This document shows, one piece after another, positions 54,549 to 64,000 of a stretch of 64,000 nucleotides of DNA (position 1 is its first letter; each line of letters starts with the position of its first letter). The stretch comes from Antechinus flavipes (Eukaryota), in contig NC_067400.1 in NCBI RefSeq assembly GCF_016432865.1, forward strand, positions 89,962,001 to 90,026,000, in the 5' to 3' direction. The notes beneath the pieces are model-generated. The model worked only from the letters and a program-made list of their open reading frames with translations. It searched no databases and was not told where the DNA came from. The translations under genes and the position numbers were made by a program.

Positions 54549-55679
54549 AAAAAGTCAGAAATTTCATTCGTATGTATCATCAAAGATTTTAATCAATTAA
54601 TTTCTGATAGGAAGTTAAGAATTGAAAATGACTGGAAGAAACTATACTTTAAAACATATATAATGTTTTATAATTAGCCAACCTAATGCTACATACCCCA
54701 CTTCTACAACCAAGACCTAGTCTACTAAAAAAAGCTGATAAATTTTATCTCTTAACTCATTATCATTATCCTCTCCAACCTGGAATAAATAAAAGCCTCC
54801 AATGTACTTGGTCTACTTTATATTTAAAGCCATCACTGATCTGTATATCTCAACATCATCTTTGTAGTATCAGGCCTTGATTTTCTGTACCTTTATGAAG
54901 TGTTTATCTTTTTTATTAATACAGAATTAAGCTGCAGGGACAGTAAAATGGAAATTAATATCACATACATATTATGAAATTGTTTTACTTGTGGACCCAA
55001 AATATTTTCAGTTAAAAATGCATTTCACTGTTGTTCAGTCATTCAGTTGTCTGATTCTTTGTGATCCATGTGGCGTTTTCTTAGCAAAAATCCTGAAACT
55101 GTTTAACTCTTTCCCTTTCCAATTCATTTTATAGATGAGGAAACTAAGACAAACAGAATTAAATTACTTACCCAGGGTCACACAGTTAATGTCTGAGGAA
55201 GGATGTGAATTTAGATCTTCCTGATTCAAGGCCTGGAGATCTATCCATTGTATCATCTACCTGCCCATACATGATGATTCTATCTTTTTTATTACAAGGT
55301 TTTATCATTCCATATTTTAAAAAATTTACTTAACTTTTCCCAATAAAATATTTCATTTATTTCTTTTAAGATAAAATGATGAAGCTAGACTCATTAATTA
55401 TCTCTAAAATCACTTATTGTTCTACATCTATGACCATCTCAAATACAACCAAATAAAAATTGCATCATTTTTTATGAAAACATCATTGCCAAATTCAAAA
55501 TTCAATTAAATACTAGTCCATATAAGTTCAGCTTTCAAAAAGTTGAAATCAATCAACTACAACATGGTTAGGTATATAGGAGGAGGAGAAGGGTTGGGTA
55601 ATTAGTTGACACATTTCTGCGAATGGAACTTTACCATAAACTAAAACTTTTTTTTTTTTTTTTTTTAAGTTTAGACAGA

Positions 55680-55826
55680 GGGACAACTAAATGGCACAAC
55701 AGAGAGGGCACTGGTCCTGAAATCAAGAGGACCTCAGTTCAAAACTGACCTTAGACACTTAATACTTCCTAGCTGCGTGACACTAGGCAATTACTTAACC
55801 CTAATTGCCTCAACAACAAAAAAAAG
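55680..55826 (+). mobile_element. WSINE1-like SINE
   Basis: gggacaactaaatggcacaac...gaggacctcagttcaaa...ttaaccctaattgcctcaac plus A tail. Confidence 0.8.
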
Positions 55827-56069
55827 GTTAGATAGAAACTAATGAACAATATTCATAAAATGATTCAACAGCTACATAAGGAGCAAAATACAAAGCAGTA
55901 AGTTAGAAACTCTAGAAATTTAAATATATTGGATCCCTAGGTGACAATGACCCTCCACAACTTAAAATGACTTAAGACTAAGTTTTTAACACTTCTGAAG
56001 ATGAACATTGTACAAAACAAATAATATTCTATGATTGTGCAACTTACATAATAAAAAAGCCAAAAAAAC

Positions 56070-57338
56070 AACTGTGTACAAAATAATTTATTACAGCATT
56101 ACATTGGTTGGCATAATTTTACAGTTTTTTTAATCCAAAAATTTGGAACCTAAATACACAAGGAAAAAAATAAACCATTTCTATCAGAACAGTTTATTTG
56201 TCTTAATAAAATCTCCCCTTGCTTTTGCCTTAAAGGGTCTAGTTAATATTACTGAAATATTTACATAGCAGAAATAAAAACAAAGACACTAATTTTAATT
56301 TTTCTGTACAGGCCAAAGTATATTTTAAGGTTTGAGAGCCATTTCTATAGAATGAAAAAAGCTACACTGTTGAGCAGGATCATATTTTATTAGCAAAGCT
56401 AATCAAAGCTTAAACATTCATTTTGCTATATGGTATGTTTGGATGCATTCAGCAGTTAATGCACCACACACAGAGAGTAAGAAAGTATTTCATTATAATT
56501 TTGAAAGTCAGCCTACTGTCTTCCCTTGAAGAAAAAAATATAAAAAAACACTCTTTTAATAGAAATTGCTTAGTAGTACTGAAAGCAATTTAATGAAGAA
56601 AGCATATTTCTTGGCTATGCCTTGTATGACCGATGAATTTCTATGATTAAGGGGGGAACTAATCTCCAAATCCTTAATCACTAAATGACAAAATTGGAAT
56701 ATTTTGGTTAAACTGTTAAATTAACATTTCTGAAAACAAAAGAAGGGCATTGATATTTGCACAATACCTCTTACTAATAATAAGTTTAAATGATAAATCA
56801 TGAAAAACATAAAGAAACAATTCCAACTTATAATTTTTAAAAGACATCTCTATACTTCCCACAATAGGGTCAGTATTTTTAAAAATCATGCAAATAGCCA
56901 ATACATTCATAATAATGTGCTTTTAAAAAACCTATCAAGAAGGATTAATATTAAAAACTCGAAATAAAATGCAGTGGGAACATTGGTATTATATCCAACA
57001 TAATTAGCTTTGTCCAATGTTTAAGTTTTAATCAGTAAGAAATGATCATATTTTTGTACCACTTAGGTGAAAGCTGTAATGCTCATAATTTATGAGCTCT
57101 GTTGATAGGACAAACTGTCCAAGTATAAACAAGACAAATGGTGATTACAGATAAGACTTACATAAACAGCGGCAGTTGGGGGTCAGGAAAAGAACAAAGC
57201 CTTAATGGCATACTCCATTTTTAAATTTTACTACTCAAACATTTCACTTAATGCCTATAGGATATTAAAATGCACCCTGGAAAAAGAACTCTGAATTGAA
57301 TCCAGTCATGAGATTATAAGTCAATTTTTTTAGGATAC
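56070..57338 (-). other. NAA16: NAA16 3'UTR with tandem AATAAA signals
   Basis: Repeat-free AU-rich sequence after the stop. Minus-strand AATAAA at 56391-56386, 56198-56193 and 56092-56087. The 3' end is inferred. Confidence 0.7.
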
Positions 57339-57539
57339 TCAAATTTCATTCGCCATCACATCATGTTTAATAGTTGTATGGTTTACTGATGCAGTACTAG
57401 AATTGTCCTCATTTGTAGGAGGCAGAAAGGCAGGTGAAAAGGGAAACAGTTTATGACATGCCATCCGGTATTCTTCATACTGGGTATTACAGATCCCAAA
57501 ACTGCCATCAATCAGTGCCTCAAAAACTTTTGTTAAAGT
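57339..57539 (-). CDS. NAA16: NAA16 (NatA auxiliary subunit) terminal coding exon
   Basis: Acceptor tctttttctag|, phase 0. TLTKVFEALIDGSFGICNTQYEEYRMACHKLFPFSPAFLPPTNEDNSSTASVNHTTIKHDVMANEI* matches the human C-terminus TLIKVSEALLDGSFGNCSSQYEEYRMACHNLLPF...LANEI*. Confidence 0.96.
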   Translation of the reverse strand, partial: TLTKVFEALIDGSFGICNTQYEEYRMACHKLFPFSPAFLPPTNEDNSSTASVNHTTIKHDVMANEI

Positions 57540-57957
57540 CTAGAAAAAGAAGATTTTAAAAATATAAATTAATAACATCATCTGCCAATAAGCTGTTTAA
57601 TCAAACTTAGAATTTGTATACTGAGAAAACCAAGATGAATTCCATAAACTATACAAAATTAAGCACTATGCCCCTCTATAATTAGAAAAAAAATTTTTCT
57701 ATAAAAAGATTGCTAGGAATCAAATTGTAAAGCACTGAGAAAAGCTATGCAATTCCAAAAATATCCTTAAATAGCAAAAATAAAATACAAATAATTAAAA
57801 ACGTGAGTGCTTTTAAAAAAAGTTTTCTTAAACACATTTAAAACTCTTCTAGATTATTTTTTATCTATAAATATGAATACAAATTTGAAAGTTCATCTCA
57901 ACAAATATGAATTGAGCACCTGTTAAGTGCAAGGCCCTCTATAAAAGTGATAGTTCT

Positions 57958-58284
57958 CTATCTGCATTTTTGTTTTCCTTCCCAGGTTATTTTTACCTTC
58001 TGAATCCAATTCTCCCTGTGCAACAAGAGAACTGTTCAGTTCTGCAAACATATATTGTATCTAGGATATACTGCAACATATCTAACATATATAGGACTGC
58101 TTGCCATCTAGGGGAGGGGATGGAGGGAGGGAGGGGAAAAATCGGAACAGAAACAAGTGCAAGGGATAATGTTGTAAAAAAATTACCCTGGCATGGATTC
58201 TGTCAATATAAAGTTATTATTAAATAAAATAAAATAAAACATTAATTAAAAAAATAAAAATAAAGTGTTTCACTTTAAAAAAAA
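57958..58284 (+). mobile_element. 5'-truncated young L1 3' end in the NAA16 last intron
   Basis: 15-bp TSD aaaagtgatagttct at 57943-57957 and 58285-58299. Confidence 0.92.
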
Positions 58285-58412
58285 AAAAGTGATAGTTCTT
58301 TTGTCCCCTGGGTACACAAAGCTTATAAAAGAGAATTACAATTTCCATCATGTTTTAACTAAGAGACAAATTGTGCCTATTGCCCCAGGACCAATCTAAT
58401 TAGGGAGGAGTT

Positions 58413-58760
58413 CATTCATTTTGCTATTGGCTATGCCTTGTATGACCGATGAATTTCTATGATTAAGGGGGGAACTAATCTCCAAATCCTTAATCACTAA
58501 ATGACAAAATTGGAATATTTTGGTTAAACTGTTAAATTAACATTTCTGAAAACAAAAGAAGGGCATTGATATTTGCACAATACCTCTTACTAATAATAAG
58601 TTTAAATGATAAATCATGAAAAACATAAAGAAACAATTCCAACTTATAATTTTTAAAAGACATCTCTATACTTCCCACAATAGGGTCAGTATTTTTAAAA
58701 ATCATGCAAATAGCCAATACATTCATAATAATGTGCTTTTAAAAAACCTATCAAGAAGGA
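58413..58760 (-). repeat. Intronic copy of NAA16 3'UTR sequence
   Basis: 58427-58760 is identical to 56611-56944 (334 bp); 58413-58427 is identical to 56415-56429 (15 bp). Confidence 0.95.
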
Positions 58761-59544
58761 CAAGAATTGACAAAATTCTCCAATCTAACATATACTTTGA
58801 TAGTTGATGGACTCAATATGAAAGTGAGTATTTAAATATACTGTACATGCAAAACCAATATATTTCTTAATAGGTACATGATTTAAACATAAAAGGCAAC
58901 TCCATTAAAAAAAATTGAGAAGTAAGGAAGATATATATATATAGCAGGGGGATTGTGAGGGAAATAGGGGTATTTGTATAGAGGAACATGTCATCATAGA
59001 CAAGCATGGATAGAGAAGATCACAGAAGATAAAATGGTCAGTTGTGATTATACAATTTTAAAAGTTTTGCACAAACAAAACCAATGCAGCTTATTAAGGG
59101 GAGCAGGTTAGGTAATTGCAACAAATTTGTATGAAAAAGTCCCATTTACAAGATATGTGTAGAACAATATCAAATTTATAAGAAAAATAATCAATTTTCC
59201 AATTGATAAATGGTAAAGGGATATAAATAGACAGTTTTGAAAGGAAGAACTCCAACCTATCAATAGCCAAATGAAAAAATACTTTAAATGACTAATTAGA
59301 GAAATGCAAAATACAACAACACTAAGATGCTACCCTCACACCCATCAAACTGGAAAAGATGACAAAAGAAAAAATAACACATGTGGGAAGGGGCTGTGAA
59401 AAAACAAGCACATTAATTAATGCATTGTTAGTAATGCTGTAAATTGGTATAGCTCTTCTAGAAAGCAATTTGGAATTATTCACACACACACACAAAATCA
59501 CTAAATAATACCCTACACCAACAATACATCACTAAAACTACACC

Positions 59545-59990
59545 TTAACATGGCTCTCTTCAACAATGAGATGGTCCAAATCAGTTCCAACTGTTCAGTA
59601 ATGAAGAGAACCAGCTACACCCAGCGAAAGAATTATGGGAAATAACATAGTGGACCACAACATAGTATTTCCACTCCTTCTGTTATTGTCCACTTGCATT
59701 TTGGTTTTCCTTCTCAGGTTAAAGTGAAAATAACCTTATTTTCACCTGATTTCTAAATCCAATTTTTCTTGTGCAGCATATATTGTATTTATCATATACT
59801 TTAACATATTTAACATATATTGGACTACCTGCCATCTAGGGGAAGGAGTTGGGGGAAGGAAGGAAAAGCTGGAACAGAAGGTTTTGCAAGGGTCAATGCT
59901 AAAAAATTACACATGCCTATGTCTTGTAAATAAAAAGTTATAATAAAAAAAAAAATAAAATACAAAAAAGAAAGAAAAGAAAAGACTAAA
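59545..59990 (+). mobile_element. L1 3' end
   Basis: L1 3'UTR ending ...cttgtaaataaaaagttataataaaaaaaa. Confidence 0.8.
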
Positions 59991-60476
59991 ACAAAATAAA
60001 ACGTCATCTTAAAGAAACCAAAGAGGAAAGAGATTCATGTGTCCACAAGTAGCAGAAAAGCTCTTTTGTAGTGGTAAAGAACTGAAAATTAAGAAGTCAC
60101 TCATCAATTGGGGAATTGCTAAAGAAATTATGATACATGAATGCAATGGAGTAAATTGTACTTGTAAGAAATGATTAATCAAGAGGTTATTTCAGAGAAA
60201 TCTGAGGATACATGTATAAAGTGATGCAGAATAAAGCATGTAGAATCAGAAAAATAATTTATCCAATAATACTCTAAAGACAAACAACTTTGAAAAACTT
60301 TGAAAGAACTCTTGATAAATTCAGGGACCTACCACAAGTAGTGAATCAGAAATAAAGTAATCTATGCAAATCCTGACAGAAAGATGACATAGTTAGGATG
60401 CACCATGATATATTTTTGGACATGGCCAATGATAGAATTTATTTTACTTGATTGTGAAAAGGATTGTTTTTTCTGG

Positions 60477-61100
60477 AAACTGAATGGATGCCCATCAATT
60501 GGAGAATGGCTGGGTAAATTGTGGTATATGAATGTTATGGACTATTATTGTTCTGTAAGAAATGACTAGCAGGATGAATACAGAGAGGCTTGGAGAGACT
60601 TACATGAACTAATGCTGAGTGAAATGAGCAGAACTAGGAGATCATTATACACTTCGACAACGATATTGTATGAGGATGTATTCTGATGGAAGTGGATTTC
60701 TTTGACAAAGAGACCTAACTGAGTTTCAATTGATAAATGATGGACAGAAGCAGCTACACCCAAAGAAAGAACACTGGGAAACAAATGTGAACTATCTGCA
60801 TCTTTGTTTTTCTTCCCGGGTTATTTTTACCTTCTGAATCCAATTCTCCCTGTGCAACAAGAGAACTGTTCAGTTCTGCAAACATATATTGTATCTAGGA
60901 TATACTGCAACATATCTAACATATATAGGACTGCTTGCCATCTAGGGGATGGGGTGGAGGGAGGGAGGGGAAAAATCGGAACAGAAACAAGTGCAAGGGA
61001 TAATGTTGTAAAAAAATTACCCTGGCATGGATTCTGTCAATATAAAATTATTATTAAATAAAATAAAATAAAATATTAAAAAAGAAAAAAAGAAAAAAAA
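60477..61100 (+). mobile_element. 5'-truncated young L1 (~600 bp)
   Basis: ggaaactgaatggatgcccatcaattggagaatgg...ccctggcatggattctgtcaatataaaattatt plus A tail. Its 3' ~270 bp are nearly identical to 57961-58230. Confidence 0.9.
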
Positions 61101-61231
61101 AAGAAAAGGGTTGGTTTTTGTTTCTTTTTTTGTTTATTGATTCTGGTGTTTTTTTCATGCTCAACTACATTTTAATAACTTTTTGTATTCCCATAATGTT
61201 TTTTGGAGGTTGGTTTTTTGTTTTTGGGGTT

Positions 61232-61239
<8 letters not shown>

Positions 61240-61267
<28 letters not shown>

Positions 61268-61405
61268 TTTTTGCTGAGGCAATTGGGGTTAAGTGCTTGC
61301 CCAGGGTCACACAGATAGGAAATGTTAAATGTCTGAGGCCAGATTTAAACTCAAGTCCTCCTGGCTTCAGAGCTAGTGTTCTATTCACTCTACCACCTAG
61401 CTACC
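61240..61405 (-). mobile_element. WSINE1-like SINE
   Basis: Long poly-T, then gctgaggcaattggggttaagtgcttgcccagggtcacac...accacctagctacccc. Confidence 0.85.
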
Positions 61406-61509
61406 CCTTCCATAATGTTTGAAAATGAGTCTATACCTTTACCCAGTCCTCATTAATCTTAGAGCTTTCCCTCCAGGACTACTTCCACTTTTTCCTATAT
61501 GAATCACAT

Positions 61510-62560
61510 ATCATCATATATAATATTTCCAAGGCAAAAAGAGATAAATTTACAACCAAAAATACTTGTCCTGCAAAACTAAGTATAATTCTACAAAAAG
61601 AAAAACAGACCTTTAATGGAATAGAGGACGTAGAAACATTTCTGATTAAAAGACCTGAGCTGAGTAGGAACTTCGAGAAAAAAAAAAAAAAAAGACAGTA
61701 GTTCAGAAAAGCTTAGAATGGTGAATCTATCTGAGCAACAGGATAGAAGATTATTAACATTCTCATGGGGAAGAAGAAACAAGTGTTCCTTCAGAGCCTT
61801 AACATCTTCAAAGAGTACTAAGAAAATTAAAGAGTAAAAACAGAGCTATGAATGAACTACTTCTGTTTTGAAGGTTGAGGGGGGGAGGAGGAAAAAGGTT
61901 TAAAAAAAATGTTGTAAAGAGGAAGGATTTTCTATTTCTATAATTGCGTTTTAGGAGGAGAGAAAACAGAGATGAAAACAATGGGTAGGGGTGAGAAGGC
62001 ATCATATGAAATTCCTTCTTAGCTGACAAGTACAAAATTAAGAAAAACCATGCCCACACAATTGGTATGGAGATACATTAAACTCAACAGGAAACAAGCC
62101 AAAGTTAGGGACATAGGGTTAAGAAGGAGGATAATACCAGAGGGGAACACTTCCAAGCAAACTCTAAATCCAACTTCATGATCCTGAAGGATTTTTTTAA
62201 AAGGCAAAGAATTATTATCTAATGGAGTGGCTGCGATTGACTCTAAAAATTGAGAAATAGCTAAATAATATAATTCTAGATGTAATGGCATACTATTGAG
62301 ATGTAAAACACGACATAAAAGAATGTTGGAAAGCATAAATTGACTCAGAGGGAAGTGAACAGAAGCAGAACAATTTTTACAAGGACACAAATACTGTAAA
62401 AGCAACAACTTCAAAAGATTTAATGCAATGACTAACCATATCTACAGAGGACCTAAGATAAAACATATTTCATTGGCCTCTTAACAATCAAGAGAGTCAC
62501 AATGCATAGAGACAAACATTTTTGGATAGGATCACTGTGTGGATTTGTTTTGTTTGAGTG
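61510..62560 (+). mobile_element. Old L1/HAL1-like remnant (ORF1 C-terminus and downstream)
   Basis: ttacaaccaaaaatacttgtcctgcaaaactaagtataatt...acctttaatggaatagaggac...aaaagacctgagctgagtagg resembles the L1 ORF1 motif LQPRITYPAKLS...KRPEL. Confidence 0.55.
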
Positions 62561-63070
62561 TTTATTTGTTACTCAGGCTTTAACACATTTAAAGCAAGCA
62601 GTATGAAATGGATTATTTCATTTATTTAATCCTCTCTTAGTGTTCTGCTATATATAGGGAAATGCTCTCTTTTTGGGCAGGGCACAGAGGACTAGGTAGG
62701 GGAGAACAGTCTTCAAATTTAAAATAAAAAATTGTTTTTAAAGGGAGAGAGAAAGGAAGGCCAATGTCCTGAGTACTAGACACTACCAGTATTTGGAATA
62801 GATGATAAATTTGGATAATGTGAATCTCAATGAATTCAAAGACTTTTGAATGATGGCTATAGAGGGAAAATCTGGAAATGGCAATGGGGAGCAAGTCATA
62901 TGGTATAAGAGAGTCTAGCCAATACGAGAAAGATGACATCTGATGCAGGATTAGGCAAGGGGGGACAGGTCTCAGTGTCAGACAATAGACAAAGTAAAAG
63001 AAGAAATCAAGATATATGTGAGAAAAAAAGAAGACATTTAGTTGCATTAGTTATAAAAATGAAGGTGTAC

Positions 63071-63168
63071 CTTCACATTTTTATCTTTTATCGTTTCATC
63101 CAATCTCGTAGCAATAGCAATTGCTTTCTCTTGTCTTGATTCATCTAGGAAATACATCATTTTAGCAC
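63071..63168 (-). CDS. NAA16: NAA16 penultimate coding exon
   Basis: 98 nt, phase 1->0, atcttag|...|gtacac. Translates (G)AKMMYFLDESRQEKAIAIATRLDETIKDKNVK. Confidence 0.96.
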
Positions 63169-63518
63169 CTAAGATCACAAAATATAAATATATTTAAAGA
63201 AAAGTATAAAGCACACATTATTTTTCTGATTTCTTTTATAAATATATTACCCAAATCACCAGTAGCCAAACAATTATGGCTATCTTGGTGTTCAAGTCCC
63301 ATAGTTGTTTCAATTAAGTAGGCAGATACAAAACAAGATTTTTACTAATATAATTAAATATAGATGCTATTATAAACTTTTTGTGACCACCAAGCTACCA
63401 AATTAATAGATTAAAACAATAACTTGCTAAATAGCACCCCAAAGACTTTAGTTACTAAATCTATAAGAGATATTTAATTAACTAGACTCAAATAAAAAAA
63501 AAAAAAAATAGTAAGCCT

Positions 63519-63672
63519 GGGAGCAGCTAGGTGACACAGTGGATAGAGCACCAGCCCTGAATTCAGGAGGACCTGAGTTCAAATCTGGCCTCAGACACTT
63601 AACATTTCTTAGCTGTGTGACCCTGGACAAGTCATTTAACCCCAACTGCCTCAGCCAAAAAATAAATAAATA
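63519..63672 (+). mobile_element. WSINE1-like SINE with TSD, directly after the NAA16 exon donor
   Basis: Full body. TSD aaatagtaagcct on both sides. Confidence 0.9.
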
Positions 63673-63686
63673 AATAGTAAGCCTAC

Positions 63687-63830
63687 CTGAAAGTAGATGC
63701 TGAATAGAGGTAGCATTATGCTTGAGAAATTCTTCATTAAAACTTTCCAAATCTTTGTTAACAAAGATTTTCTGCATTTCTTGGGTTAGGACTTTGTTCA
63801 CTATTTCTGGGAGATTACTATGATTAGAAA
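63687..63830 (-). CDS. NAA16: NAA16 antepenultimate coding exon
   Basis: 144 nt, phase 1->1, ttttttcag|...|gtaggc. Translates (V)SNHSNLPEIVNKVLTQEMQKIFVNKDLESFNEEFLKHNATSIQHLLS. Confidence 0.96.
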
Positions 63831-64000
63831 CTGAAAAAAAAATTTTGTCATTAACTAAAATATCCCTAGAGGTATGTATCATACACACACACAGACATAC
63901 AAATGCACATAGACACACACACACCTTCCCCTCTCTCATGCTCTCTTTCTCCTGTCCAATAAGACAACAAAAGTAGTACTGGACTTGTAAACATCATGGT

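Noticed and set aside
58391-58788. ccaatctaa on both sides of the UTR copy as a TSD
   Set aside because: The 9-mers sit 13 and 19 bp away from the copy boundaries, so they do not abut the insert; could be chance.
57970-61061. Recurrent similar 70-120-aa ORFs (8055, 8313, 32680, 57970, 60804) as a gene family
   Set aside because: All are translations of L1 3'UTR copies bounded by TSDs and poly(A).
63519-63600. tRNA-like heads (A/B-box-like) as tRNA genes
   Set aside because: They are 5' ends of tRNA-derived SINEs with CORE bodies, A tails and TSDs.
63478-63939. 153-aa ORF as a single-exon gene
   Set aside because: Only 63830-63687 is NAA16 exon; the rest is intron, dinucleotide repeat and a WSINE1.

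Overview
Eukaryotic, AT-rich, CpG-depleted genomic DNA from a marsupial, most likely a dasyurid (Tasmanian-devil-like). This is inferred from WSINE1/Mar1-type SINEs, marsupial RTE and L1 3' ends, and an OC1-like hAT element. Two protein-coding genes lie on the minus strand in the order seen in human (NAA16 then RGCC). RGCC (RGC-32) coding exons 1-3 are at 13815-13755, 12910-12722 and 2121-2014, with a CpG-island/TATA promoter at about 13.5-14.1 kb; its last exons lie beyond the left edge. The last three coding exons of NAA16 are at 63830-63687, 63168-63071 and 57539-57339, with a 3'UTR of about 1.25 kb. The ~42 kb intergenic interval is repeat-rich and holds two disabled retrocopies that the ORF track does not reveal (RPS10 at ~23 kb, ACTB at ~52 kb). 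There are three N gaps. No prokaryotic features, CRISPR arrays or genuine RNA genes were seen. I found no wholly new gene system. The best leads are: an EPO-like bipartite hypoxia element apparently assembled at a TE junction in the RGCC promoter; loss of the CDK1-target Thr in RGCC; an exact, chimeric copy of the NAA16 3'UTR inside its own last intron; an E-box-rich long palindrome in a CpG-enriched distal block; and several short-range direct duplications of different ages. All homology calls are by manual translation and recall of known sequences, not database searches.
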